A stretch of DNA of 64,000 nucleotides, from NCBI GenBank assembly GCA_963776345.1, contig CAVZMH010000019.1, positions 128,001 through 192,000 on the forward strand, given 5' to 3'. This document shows, piece by piece, positions 1 through 9,803 of this stretch; the stretch's first letter is position 1, and each line of letters starts with the position of its first letter. A program made the translations under genes and the position numbers. The notes under the pieces are model-generated. The model was not told the DNA's origin. It searched no databases and was given only the letters and a program-made list of their open reading frames with translations. Source of the DNA: an uncultured delta proteobacterium. Lineage in GTDB: Bacteria > Myxococcota > Myxococcia > Myxococcales > Myxococcaceae.

Positions 1-34
1 GGACGAAGGGGACCAGCTGGAGGCGCGGCTTCAT
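1..34 (-). CDS. 5' end of a gene running off the left edge (MKPRLQLVPFV...)
   Basis: ATG at 34-32 on the minus strand, open to the window edge, divergent from the S41 protease; too short to identify. Confidence 0.35.
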   Translation of the reverse strand, partial: MKPRLQLVPFV

Positions 35-132
35 GCCGACATCGGATAGTACGATATCGGAATGAATGTCCATAGGGCTGGTGTGGACTCGCCTCGCCCG
101 GGCGGCCCGGGCTACGCTGGGGGACCAAGACC

Positions 133-1422
133 GTGAACGGCCTCGTCTCTCTCCTCGTCCTGTCCACCCTGGCCGCCGCTCCCGCCCCGGCGCCGCCGCC
201 CGAGGACGCCACCTACCGGCAGCTGGAGCTCTTCGCCCGGGTGCTCTCCTACGTGCAGAACAACTACGTGGAGAAGGTGGACGAGCGGCAGCTGGTCTAC
301 GGCGCCATCCGGGGAATGCTGGAGACGCTCGACCCGCACACCGTCTTCATGCCCCCCGAGCTGTTCAAGGAGATGAAGATCGACACCTCGGGCGAGTTCG
401 GCGGCCTGGGGCTGGACGTGGTCAGGCGCGGGGACACGCTGGTGGTGGTCTCACCGCTCGACGACACGCCGGCGGCGCGGGCGGGCATCCAGCCCGGGGA
501 CGAGATCCTGGCCATCGACGGCGAGAGCACGCAGGGGATGGACGTGGCCCGGGCCACGGCGAAGATGCGCGGGCCGGCCGGGCAGCGGGTGACGCTCACC
601 CTGATGCGAACCGGCTTCCAGCAGCCCCAGGACATCGTCCTCCTCCGCGACCACGTCCGCATCGTCTCGGTGCAGGGCGCGCTGTACGGCGGCATCGGCT
701 GGGTGCGGCTGAAGAACTTCCAGGAGCGCACCGACGCGAACCTCAAGCGCGAGCTCGACCGGCTCCGGGCCGAGAACGGCGGGCGCGAGCTGTCGGGCCT
801 GGTGCTCGACCTGCGCAACAACCCCGGCGGGCTCCTGGACCAGGCGGTGGCGGTGAGCGACCGCTTCCTCCCGGGCCGGCTGACCATCGTCAGCACCCGG
901 GGGCGCGCCGGGCGGAGCCTCACCGAGGAGAAGAGCCGCGACCCCGGCACCGAGCCGGACTACCCGCTGGTGGTCCTGGTGAACGCCGGGAGCGCCTCGG
1001 CGTCAGAGGTCGTGGCCGGCGCGCTGCAGGACCACGGTCGGGCCACCGTGCTCGGGACGCAGACCTTCGGGAAGGGCTCGGTGCAGACGGTCATCGAGCT
1101 CGAGGACGGGAGCGGTCTGAAGCTCACCATCGCCCGCTACTACACGCCGAAGGGACGGAGCATCCAGGAGCGTGGCATCGAGCCGGACTTCCTGGTGCCC
1201 GCCGAGGGCACCGTGCGCGAGCTCCGGGAGAAGGACCTCCGCCGGCACTTCCGGAACCTGGACGCGGGCACCGCCGAGACCGTGCACCGGCTGCCCCCGC
1301 AGCCTCCCTGGGAGGCGAGCCAGAAGCTCACCGACCTTCAGCTCCGGGCCGCGCTCGACTACCTGCACGCCCATCCGCACGCCCCGGGGCGGCAGGCCGC
1401 GGAGCTGCGCCCGTCGCCCTGA
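133..1422 (+). CDS. ctpA: C-terminal processing protease, S41A family (PDZ + protease)
   Basis: Signal peptide, LDPHT, PDZ GGLGL, DLRNNPGG, SASASE, TFGKGSVQ, YYTPKGRSIQ motifs. Confidence 0.93.
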   Translation: MNGLVSLLVLSTLAAAPAPAPPPEDATYRQLELFARVLSYVQNNYVEKVDERQLVYGAIRGMLETLDPHTVFMPPELFKEMKIDTSGEFGGLGLDVVRRGDTLVVVSPLDDTPAARAGIQPGDEILAIDGESTQGMDVARATAKMRGPAGQRVTLTLMRTGFQQPQDIVLLRDHVRIVSVQGALYGGIGWVRLKNFQERTDANLKRELDRLRAENGGRELSGLVLDLRNNPGGLLDQAVAVSDRFLPGRLTIVSTRGRAGRSLTEEKSRDPGTEPDYPLVVLVNAGSASASEVVAGALQDHGRATVLGTQTFGKGSVQTVIELEDGSGLKLTIARYYTPKGRSIQERGIEPDFLVPAEGTVRELREKDLRRHFRNLDAGTAETVHRLPPQPPWEASQKLTDLQLRAALDYLHAHPHAPGRQAAELRPSP

Positions 1423-1497
1423 GAGGGCCTTTCTCCGAGGGCCGGTGTAACGCCCGGGGACGACCCCGTACGCCAGGGTGGAGGACACACCCCGCCC

Positions 1498-2154
1498 ATG
1501 GCCATCACCAACCAGACCGCTGGAACCCGCGTCGACGAGATCGCCGACGGCATCTACCGCATCAGCACCCCCGTCCCGCCGAGCTTCATTCCCGGTGGAT
1601 TCACCTTCAACCAGTTCCTGGTGGCCGACGAGGCGCCGCTCCTCTTCCACACCGGACCGCGCCGGATGTTCGAGCTCACCCGCGAGGCGGTGGCGCACGT
1701 GCTGGGAGACGCGGCCCGGCTCCGCTTCGTGTCCTTCTCGCACGTCGAGGCCGACGAGTGCGGCGCGCTCAACGCCTGGCTCGCGGTGGCGCCCGGGGCC
1801 GAGCCGGTGTGCAGCCAGACCGCGGCCATGGTGTCGGTGAACGACCTGGCCGACCGGCCGCCGAGGGCGCTCGCCGACGGGGAGGAGCTGTCCCTGGGCC
1901 GCCGGTCGGTGCGCTGGCTGGACACGCCGCACCTGCCGCACGGCTGGGAGAGCGGGCTGCTCTTCGAGCCGGCGAGCCGGACCCTCCTCTGCGGAGACCT
2001 CTTCACCCGCACCGGCGCGTCGGAGCTCCCGGCCCTCACCGAGTCCGACGTGCTCGAGCCTGCTCTCGCACATCCACCACTCCGAGCCACTTGCGGTCGC
2101 AAGGTCTCACGATCATTGACACGGCGTGTCAGCGGTCAAGTAGGCGTGTTGTAA
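1498..2154 (+). CDS. Metallo-beta-lactamase-fold (FprA/ODP-like) protein, C-terminus probably truncated
   Basis: FNQFL, SHVEADECG, TPHLPHGWE, CGDLF motifs; coding-like composition is lost after ~2058. Confidence 0.75.
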   Translation: MAITNQTAGTRVDEIADGIYRISTPVPPSFIPGGFTFNQFLVADEAPLLFHTGPRRMFELTREAVAHVLGDAARLRFVSFSHVEADECGALNAWLAVAPGAEPVCSQTAAMVSVNDLADRPPRALADGEELSLGRRSVRWLDTPHLPHGWESGLLFEPASRTLLCGDLFTRTGASELPALTESDVLEPALAHPPLRATCGRKVSRSLTRRVSGQVGVL

Positions 2155-2197
2155 GTGGTCGGAATCGTTTGACACCAGAGGGTCACGTCCCTATCCT
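2117..2197 (+). promoter_or_regulatory. sigma70-type promoter of the GT2 gene with an upstream palindrome
   Basis: TTGACA (2169-2174), 17-nt spacer, TATCCT (2192-2197); palindrome TGACAC-ggc-GTGTCA at 2117-2131. Confidence 0.6.
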
Positions 2198-2254
2198 GCC
2201 GCGCCGCCCAGGGACCGGACACTCGGGCGTGTGGACGAGGGGCCAGCGCCAGAG

Positions 2255-3772
2255 ATGACCACAGTCGAGATCGCGTTCCTGGCTCTGTACTTCGCCGTCC
2301 TGTGCGTGCTGGCCGTCTACGGCTCTCACCGCTACCGGATGGCGTTCCTGTACTACCGGCACAAGTTCAAGATCCCGACGCCGAACGGCACCCTCGCCCG
2401 CCTGCCGCGGGTCACCATCCAGCTCCCGGTCTACAACGAGATGTACGTGGTGGAGCGGCTCATCGAGGCCGTCTGCCGCATCGAGTACCCGCGCGACCTG
2501 CTCGAGATCCAGCTCCTGGACGACTCGACCGACGAGACCTGCGGCATCGCCCGGGCCGCGGTGGAGCGCCACCGCCGCGCCGGACAGGACATCACCTACA
2601 TCCAACGGACCAACCGCAAGGGCTTCAAGGCCGGTGCGCTGGAGCACGGGCTCGTGTCCGCCACCGGCGAGTACGTGGCGGTCTTCGACGCCGACTTCGT
2701 CCCCGCGCCGGACTTCCTGAAGCGCACCGTGCCCTTCTTCGCCGACCCGAAGGTGGGCATGGTGCAGGTACGCTGGGGCCACCTGAACCGCGAGTTCTCC
2801 ATCCTCACCCAGGCCCAGAGCATCTTCCTCGACGGCCACTTCGTCATCGAGCACACCGCCCGGAACCGCTCCGGCTGCTTCTTCAACTTCAACGGCACCG
2901 CCGGCATCTGGCGGCGGAGCACCATCGGCGACGCGGGCGGATGGCAGCACGACACGCTCACCGAGGACCTGGACCTCAGCTACCGCGCCCAGCTGAAGGG
3001 CTGGCAGTTCATCTTCCTGCCCGAGGTGGTGTCCCCGGCCGAGGTGCCGGTGGACATGAACGCCTTCAAGAGCCAGCAGCACCGCTGGGCCAAGGGCTCC
3101 ATCCAGACCGCGCGGAAGCTCCTGCCCACCATCCTGAGGAGCGACCTTCCGGCGGCGGTGAAGCGGGAGGCGTTCTTCCACCTCACCAACAACATCGCCT
3201 ACCTCCTGATGGTGCTGCTGTCGGTGCTGATGCCGCTGTCCATGGTGGTGCGGTTCAACCACGGCCTGTACTCGACGCTCTTCCTCGACCTGCCGTTCTG
3301 CCTCGCCGCCACCGTCTCGGTTTGCTTCTTCTACGTCGCCACCCAGCGGGAGCTGGGGCTCACCGGCTGGCAGCGGGTGAAGTACCTGCCCTTCATCATG
3401 TCGCTGGGCATCGGGCTGGCGCTCAACAACGCCAAGGCGGTCATCGAGGCGCTCCTCAACCAGCAGAGCGCCTTCGCCCGGACGCCGAAGACGGGCAGCG
3501 AGGGCAAGAGCCTCCGCTCGACCGTGAAGCGCAGCTACCGGGGCACCCGGAGCATGATGCCGCTGCTCGAGCTGGGCTTCGGGCTCTATTTCTCCGGGGC
3601 GCTCTGGTTCGCCATCGACGCCCACATCTGGACCTCGGTCCCGTTCCTGGTGCTGTTCCAGGTCGGCTTCCTGTACGTGGGGGCGGTGAGCCTCTTCCAG
3701 GGCCGGTCCATCGTCCGCCGGGCGCTCGCGCCCGCCGTCGCCCCGGCGCCGTCCGCCCAGCGCGCGGCCTGA
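2255..3772 (+). CDS. Glycosyltransferase family 2, cellulose-synthase-like
   Basis: QLPVYNE, DDSTD, FKAGAL, FDADF, TEDLD, QQHRW (D,D,D,QxxRW) plus C-terminal TM helices. Confidence 0.92.
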   Translation: MTTVEIAFLALYFAVLCVLAVYGSHRYRMAFLYYRHKFKIPTPNGTLARLPRVTIQLPVYNEMYVVERLIEAVCRIEYPRDLLEIQLLDDSTDETCGIARAAVERHRRAGQDITYIQRTNRKGFKAGALEHGLVSATGEYVAVFDADFVPAPDFLKRTVPFFADPKVGMVQVRWGHLNREFSILTQAQSIFLDGHFVIEHTARNRSGCFFNFNGTAGIWRRSTIGDAGGWQHDTLTEDLDLSYRAQLKGWQFIFLPEVVSPAEVPVDMNAFKSQQHRWAKGSIQTARKLLPTILRSDLPAAVKREAFFHLTNNIAYLLMVLLSVLMPLSMVVRFNHGLYSTLFLDLPFCLAATVSVCFFYVATQRELGLTGWQRVKYLPFIMSLGIGLALNNAKAVIEALLNQQSAFARTPKTGSEGKSLRSTVKRSYRGTRSMMPLLELGFGLYFSGALWFAIDAHIWTSVPFLVLFQVGFLYVGAVSLFQGRSIVRRALAPAVAPAPSAQRAA

Positions 3773-3812
3773 TCGCGCCGGGGCGGACCCTCCCCGCGGC
3801 GACGGCGCTCGC

Positions 3813-4297
3813 TCACCTCCCGCCGTCGGGGGGCGCGCGTAGCAGGAGGTAGCTCCGCATCTCCGGCGGGGAGGCATCCACGGCCGCGCACCGTCCGTCC
3901 ACCCGCATCCACTCCACCGTGCGCAGGAGGAGCCCGCCGTCGGGGCAGCCGCTGAGCTCGACCGGGAGGCTGGCCTCGCAGCCCGGGCCCGAGGCGCCCA
4001 TCCGCGGCGCCCGTGTCTCGCCCGAGAGCCCGGTGGCGGTGCGCCGGAGCACCACCCGCGCGCTGCTGGCCCGGTCAGGGGTGCCGCCGTCCGCCCAGCG
4101 GCGCTCGACGTCGAGCAGCACCGTGCCCCCGTCGTCGGTGGCCCGGTAGCTCCAGGTCGGGTCGGAGGCCAGCACCCAGCGGCCGGAGAAGTCGTCGCCG
4201 CAGCCCTCGGGCAGCGCGCGGGGCGCGGCGGCACGGGCGGTGGCGGCGGCGTCGCGCAGGCGAGGAGCGCGGCCAGGAGGAGGGGCGCTCTGCGCAT
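3813..4297 (-). pseudogene. Lipoprotein of unknown function, split by an apparent 1-nt frameshift (error or pseudogene)
   Basis: ATG at 4297 overlaps the ftsY stop; MRRAPLLLAALLAC lipobox is in one frame, ...LPEGCGDDFSGRWVLASDPTWSY... in another; span 485 nt is 1 short of a multiple of 3. Confidence 0.6.
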
Positions 4298-5784
4298 CAC
4301 GCCGCCGCGAAGAGCGCCTCCACGAACTCGTGCGGATCGAACGGGCGCAGGTCCGCCACCTTCTCGCCCACGCCCACCCAGGTGACGGGGATCTTCAGCT
4401 CGTCGCTGATGCCGATGACCACCCCGCCCTTGGCTGTGCCGTCGAGCTTGGTCAGCGCGATGCCGGTCACTCCGACGGCCTCCTGGAACTGCCTGGCCTG
4501 GGCGATGGCGTTCTGGCCCATCGTGGCGTCCAGCACCAGGAGCACCTCGTGCGGCGCGCCGGGGAGCGCCTTGCCCAGCACCCGCTTGACCTTGGTCAGC
4601 TCCTCCATCAGCGGCGTCTTGGTGTGGAGCCGGCCCGCGGTGTCGATCAGCACCGCGTCGGCGCCCTCGGCCAGCGCGCGCTTCACCGCGTCGAACACCA
4701 CCGCGCCCGGGTCGGACCCGTCGGGCCCGCGGACCAGCGTGGCGTGCGCCCGCTCGGCCCAGACGTCCAGCTGCTCGGTCGCCGCGGCGCGAAAGGTGTC
4801 GCCGGCGGCGATGACCACCTTCTTGCCTGCCCGGGTGAGCCGGGCGGCCAGCTTGCCGATGGTGGTCGTCTTCCCGGAGCCGTTCACCCCGACCACCATG
4901 GTGACGTGCGGCGGTCCGCCCCCCTGGAGCGAGGCGGGGTGGGGGAGCGAGACCATCCGCTCGACCTCCGAGCGGATCAGCCCCTTCACCCGGCCCACGT
5001 CCGAGAGCTCGCGGCGCTTCAGCCGCTCCCGCGCGGCGTCCACCAGCCCCGAGGCGGTGCGGACGCCGATGTCGGCGGTGAAGAGGATCTCCTCCAGCTG
5101 GGCGAGGACGCCGTCGTCCACCGCGGAGCCCCGCGAGAAGAGCCCGTTGAGCCGGGCCATGAAGCCCTCGCCCCGGGTGCGCTCGAGCCCCGCGGCGAGC
5201 GTGCGTCCTGCCTCCGCCTCGGTGCGTGCCCGCGTCTCCTCCTCGGCACGGAGGCGCTGCGCCTCGGCGGCCTCCCGGGCGCGGGCCGCCTCCTCGTCCC
5301 GGAGCCGGCGCGCCTCGGCCTCCTCGCGGGCCCGGCGCTCGCGGGTCTCCGCCTCGGCGGCCTTCTTCGCCCGGTACTCCTCGCGCTTGGCCTCCTCCTC
5401 GCCTTTCTTGAGCTCGCGGGCCTCGGCCTCGAGCCGGGCGCGCCCGGCGGCCTCGGTCTCGGCGCGGGCCTTCTCTTGCAGCTCCCGCCGCTCGCGGGCG
5501 ATGGCCTCGGCGCGGGCCCGGGCGGCGGCGGCCTCCTCGCGGGCGCGGGCCTCGTCCGGGCTCGGGGGGAGCTCCGGCCGGACCGGCGGCGGGCCGGGCA
5601 GTCCGGCCGGTGGGGGAGGAGGCGCCCCGGCACGACGGCGAGCGCGGGCCCGGAGCGCGAGCGCCGCGGAGGCCGCGGCGACGACGAGGAGACCGCCCCC
5701 GAGCAGCTCGACGGTGTGGCGGTCGAGCCCGAAGAGTTCCGGAAGCGGAGTGGCAACCTGGGCCAGAAGCAGGAACGGCGACAT
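4297..5784 (-). CDS. ftsY: SRP receptor FtsY with N-terminal TM and Glu/Arg/Ala-rich linker
   Basis: GVNGSGKTTT, DTFRAAA, DTAGR, TKLDGTAKGG, GVGE motifs. Confidence 0.96.
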   Translation of the reverse strand: MSPFLLLAQVATPLPELFGLDRHTVELLGGGLLVVAAASAALALRARARRRAGAPPPPPAGLPGPPPVRPELPPSPDEARAREEAAAARARAEAIARERRELQEKARAETEAAGRARLEAEARELKKGEEEAKREEYRAKKAAEAETRERRAREEAEARRLRDEEAARAREAAEAQRLRAEEETRARTEAEAGRTLAAGLERTRGEGFMARLNGLFSRGSAVDDGVLAQLEEILFTADIGVRTASGLVDAARERLKRRELSDVGRVKGLIRSEVERMVSLPHPASLQGGGPPHVTMVVGVNGSGKTTTIGKLAARLTRAGKKVVIAAGDTFRAAATEQLDVWAERAHATLVRGPDGSDPGAVVFDAVKRALAEGADAVLIDTAGRLHTKTPLMEELTKVKRVLGKALPGAPHEVLLVLDATMGQNAIAQARQFQEAVGVTGIALTKLDGTAKGGVVIGISDELKIPVTWVGVGEKVADLRPFDPHEFVEALFAAA

Positions 5785-5856
5785 GAGGCGCCTCTCTTAC
5801 GTCATCTGACGCTTCCGTCGACACCCGCCTTGTGCGGTAAGAGTCGCTCCACCCGC

Positions 5857-6390
5857 ATGCGCCGCGCGCTCGCCCTCGTCTCCCTGCTCAGCATCCTCCC
5901 CGCCTGCATCGTCGAGGCGCCCACCTCGTCCAAGCCCGCCGCGGCGCCGGCGACGTCCCAGGTGAAGCCGGTGCCGGTGAAGAACGGCGCGGTGCTGGGC
6001 GAGCTGGCCGAGCTGGTGGGCGCCACCTTCGCCCCGCCGTCGCTGTCGCCGGGGGACGCCACCCGGGTGGTGCTGGTGTTCCGGGCCATCAAGCCGACCA
6101 CGGACGACTGGCAGGTGTTCGTGCACGTGGAGGACGCCGAGGGCCGCGGAGAGCGGCTGAACGCGGACCACCCGCTGCGCGCCCCGACCAGCGCCTGGAA
6201 GGCGGGCGAGGTGGTCCAGGACGAGTTCGCCCTGACGCTCCCGCCCGGGTGGAAGTCACGGGCGGTGAACGTCTTCGTCGGGCTGTGGCTCCCCAGCACC
6301 AACTTGCGGATGAAGGTGAAGAACCCCGAGGCGGTGCGCACCGACGGGAACGACCGGGTGCTGCTGGTGCAGCTCCCGGTGGGCGGCTAA
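5857..6390 (+). CDS. Hypothetical lipoprotein with an Ig-like/beta-sandwich domain
   Basis: MRRALALVSLLSILPAC lipobox; WQVFVH..NADH..W..GEVV.D pattern. Confidence 0.7.
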   Translation: MRRALALVSLLSILPACIVEAPTSSKPAAAPATSQVKPVPVKNGAVLGELAELVGATFAPPSLSPGDATRVVLVFRAIKPTTDDWQVFVHVEDAEGRGERLNADHPLRAPTSAWKAGEVVQDEFALTLPPGWKSRAVNVFVGLWLPSTNLRMKVKNPEAVRTDGNDRVLLVQLPVGG

Positions 6391-6397
6391 AAAAAAA

Positions 6398-6812
<415 letters not shown>

Positions 6813-6872
6813 CACCCGGGGATGTATCGCGCCTCGCGTCGAGGCGCCACTCGCCCCCTCTCGGAGCGAGGC

Positions 6873-7691
6873 TCAGGCGCCGATGGTGGGGGCGGCGACC
6901 ACCGGTTGCGTGGAGGCGGGAGCGGTGCGGAATCGCGCGTCGCGGAGGACGAGCACCACCGCCGTCACCAGGTAGAAGCCGCCCCGGAGCCAGGACAGGC
7001 GGGTGACATCGGGTCCGTGGAACATCGGTCCGGCGAACTCGCCGCCGAAGGTGTTCTGCGCGGTGTGCATCAGCAGCGGCAGGAGCACGTTCCTGCCGGA
7101 GGCCTGGTAGAGCCAGGCGAAGACCACCGAGGCGGAGAGAATGCCCACGGCTCCCGGGAGGAGCTCTCCGGGGCGGGCGAGCAGCAGCGGCAGGTGCCAG
7201 GCCAACCACACCACGCCGACCAGCAGGCCGGCCTGGAGCATCGACCGGCTCTGCGAGACGCGGGCCAGGGCGAAGCCCCGCCACGCGGGCTCCTCGCCCA
7301 GCGGTCCGCCCAGGACCATCACCAGCGGGAAGGCGACGAGGAGCGAGGGCCAGGCCCGCCACGCCTCGGCCGGCGGCGGCGTCGCTCCGAGCGCCACGTT
7401 CGCGGCGATGCCCAGGAGCGTCACCAGCAGCGGGAAGAGCAGGGCGAAGACGTAGAGCGAGGGCGCCGCGCGCCAGCGGAGGAGGCCTCGCGCCCAGTCC
7501 CCGAGCCCACGCCAGCCTCCGATGAGCGCGGTCACCACCACCGCGGCGATGAGCGGGCCGAACGGGTCGAGGCCCAGCTCACCGCCCGGGCGGACCAGCG
7601 CGACCAGGTACGCGCGCCACGAGAGCGGAAAGGTGAGCGCGTAGAACGCGGCGACCGGGTGTGCGCGAACGATCTGTCGGAGCCGGGTCAT
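6873..7691 (-). CDS. CPBP (CAAX protease/Abi) intramembrane metalloprotease
   Basis: GEEPAWRG, WLAWHLP, MHTAQN motifs; multiple TM helices; ATG at 7691. Confidence 0.88.
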   Translation of the reverse strand: MTRLRQIVRAHPVAAFYALTFPLSWRAYLVALVRPGGELGLDPFGPLIAAVVVTALIGGWRGLGDWARGLLRWRAAPSLYVFALLFPLLVTLLGIAANVALGATPPPAEAWRAWPSLLVAFPLVMVLGGPLGEEPAWRGFALARVSQSRSMLQAGLLVGVVWLAWHLPLLLARPGELLPGAVGILSASVVFAWLYQASGRNVLLPLLMHTAQNTFGGEFAGPMFHGPDVTRLSWLRGGFYLVTAVVLVLRDARFRTAPASTQPVVAAPTIGA

Positions 7692-7842
7692 GGATGCTTG
7701 CTCGCCTGACGCTCGAGCCCGGCCCGGATTGCGCCTGAGGATCTCCGGATGACCCGTTCGAGCTCGAAGTGGAGGCCCTGACCGTCGGGGGCAGCAGGAA
7801 GGCGCGGGTGGAGCGGGTCCTCGGGCGCAGGAGGCGCGGGGA

Positions 7843-8262
7843 GTGCCGAAGGATGCCTTCGATCTCGGCCTCGAGGACATCGCCGACATCCTCTCGACCA
7901 CCGTCGGCGCGGTGAAGGCGGCGCTGCACCGGGGACGGGGAAAGCTCTCCGAGCCGGATCTGGAACCGCCCCGTGCGCCCGCTGCCGGTGCGCTCGACGC
8001 GTTCGTCGAGGCCTTCAACGCCGGAGACCTCGACCGCCTGGCCGCGCTCCTCCTCGACACGTCGACCGTCGAGGTCGTGGGCGCTCCACCATTCACGGCG
8101 CCGCGGCTGCGCGCACCACCGTGCTCCCCGGCATGCTCCTGGGGAGCGCACGGATGGCCGCGCGGGAGGACGGCGGTCAGGGGACCGGCATCGATCCTCG
8201 CTTCGCCCAGGGCGTCCTCCCGCGCCCCGCGCGGCTCGAGCTCGGTCACCTCCGCCGTGAGC
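7843..8262 (+). pseudogene. Remnant of an ECF sigma factor (region 4 + SnoaL-like C-terminal domain)
   Basis: DAFDLGLEDIADILSTTVGAVKAALHRGRGKL (sigma4), then LDAFVEAFNAGDLDRLAALL; no region 2; frame change near 8085. Confidence 0.7.
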
Positions 8263-8365
8263 CGCTGCGGTCACCTCCTCTCTCATCGATGGTCCGGTTG
8301 CCGACCCTCGCCGGGGTCGGCGTTCAGCGCGCGGCAGGTGGACCCGCTTCACCCCGGCTCGGCTC

Positions 8366-9088
8366 TCACCAGATGGCGGAGAAGCCGAGCACGGCCTGCA
8401 GTGCGGTCTGCACCTCGGGGTGCAGCCAGAGGGTCAGTCGCGCGTCGAGATCGATGGACCACACCGGTGAGAGGTGGACCTGGACCAGCGGCAGGCTGCG
8501 GACGCCCGGACGCACGGAGCCGAAAGTCAGCCCGAAGAGATCGGACCAGCCGGTGCCACCGATCGCGAAGTTGAGCGACACCACGTCCCCGATGGTGTGA
8601 GTCAGGAAGATGCTCCCCGCGAGCTTCGGCTGGGGCGGGTTCAGGCTGTACCGGCTGGACCAGCGCGCGGTCACGCCAAGGCTCGTCGCGCCCGAGAACC
8701 AGTGCCGGTAGGCAGCTCCCACCGACGGAATGTAGATGACGCCCTCCACCGAGCTGTACCCGAGGCCGTCGAGGCCGGCGCTCAGCACCACCTCGTCGCC
8801 ATGACGGCTTCCCAGCAGCACACTCAGCCCGGGCGTGAAGAACGAGACCTCCAGCCAGTCGAGTGGAGACCAGGCGACGTTGAGCCGCAGCAGGCCGTTC
8901 GTGCTGTCCGTGCCGGCCGAGGAGCGCGTGTAGTCCACGCCGAGCCCGAAGCTCACGCCCACGTCGTGCACGGGGAGAGTCGATTCCTGCGCCGCCGGCG
9001 GGGTGCCCTGTCCCGCCGGCTCCGCCTGACTGGCGGCCGCCGGACGGACGCTCAGGAGCACCGCCACCACGGACACCCACCTCGTCAT
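8366..9088 (-). CDS. Hypothetical exported protein, probably an outer-membrane beta-barrel
   Basis: Signal peptide, alternating beta-strand pattern, C-terminal aromatic residue (GFSAIW). Confidence 0.6.
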   Translation of the reverse strand: MTRWVSVVAVLLSVRPAAASQAEPAGQGTPPAAQESTLPVHDVGVSFGLGVDYTRSSAGTDSTNGLLRLNVAWSPLDWLEVSFFTPGLSVLLGSRHGDEVVLSAGLDGLGYSSVEGVIYIPSVGAAYRHWFSGATSLGVTARWSSRYSLNPPQPKLAGSIFLTHTIGDVVSLNFAIGGTGWSDLFGLTFGSVRPGVRSLPLVQVHLSPVWSIDLDARLTLWLHPEVQTALQAVLGFSAIW

Positions 9089-9206
9089 GGGCCCCCCTCC
9101 GTCGCCGCTCACGATGGCATGGGCGCCCAGGTCTCGAGCGACGATGGAAGAGCGGCGAACTCGGATGACGGGCATGGCCTCCCCCGCAGCGCCCTCGAAC
9201 GAGACT

Positions 9207-9803
9207 TCACATCCTCTCGTCGATGGCCCGGTTGCTCATCTCGTCCGCCTCGGCGTTCTGCGCGCGCGGCACGTGGATCAGCTTCACCCGCCGGAACGCC
9301 TTGAGCAGGGCCAGCGCCTCGGCGTGCAGCTCGCGCAGCGCCGGGGCCCGGACCTGGTAGACGCCCGAGAGCTGGCGGATGATCAGCTCGCTGTCGGCGA
9401 CCACCTCGAGCTCCTCGGCCCCGAGCTCTCGCGCGCGCCGGAGCCCGAGCAGGAGGGCCTGGTACTCGGCGACGTTGTTGGTCTGCCGGCCCAGGAACTT
9501 CCCCAGCTTCTCGAGAATCCGCCCCTCGGTGTCGAAGAGCACCGCGCCCGCGCCGGCCGGCCCCGGGTTCCCCCGCGCCGCCCCGTCGGAGGCGACTCGG
9601 AGCCTGCGATGCGGTTGCACGGCGTGCGGTGCCCCGGTGGCATGCGGGTGCGGGGCGGGGTGCGCGGGGGCGGGCCGCCCGAGGAGCACGCCCACCAGGT
9701 CGGTCCGCGAAACCCCGGGAAACCGGGCCAGGGTGCGGTCGAGGCTCTCCTCCTCCGCGATGACCCGGAGGAGCTCGGGAAGCGAGGGGCGACGCCCGCT
9801 CAT
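9207..9803 (-). CDS. rnhA: Ribonuclease HI with N-terminal extension
   Basis: SDGAARGNPG, TNNVAEY, DSEL, NAEAD catalytic motifs; ATG at 9803. Confidence 0.92.
   Translation of the reverse strand: MSGRRPSLPELLRVIAEEESLDRTLARFPGVSRTDLVGVLLGRPAPAHPAPHPHATGAPHAVQPHRRLRVASDGAARGNPGPAGAGAVLFDTEGRILEKLGKFLGRQTNNVAEYQALLLGLRRARELGAEELEVVADSELIIRQLSGVYQVRAPALRELHAEALALLKAFRRVKLIHVPRAQNAEADEMSNRAIDERM

Noticed and set aside
5200..5560. EARAREEA-type repeats in ftsY as a repeat element
   Set aside because: Low-complexity coding linker common in FtsY N-termini
66..5824. Very long alternative-frame ORFs (66..2258, 2183..5824, 29086..32193, 54086..56623, 60065..62692 and others)
   Set aside because: Arg/Pro/Gly-rich shadow frames expected in high-GC DNA; they overlap genes with clear family motifs
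6873..7691. Abortive-infection defence gene
   Set aside because: The 'Abi' name of the CPBP family is historical; motifs indicate an intramembrane protease and no defence genes are adjacent
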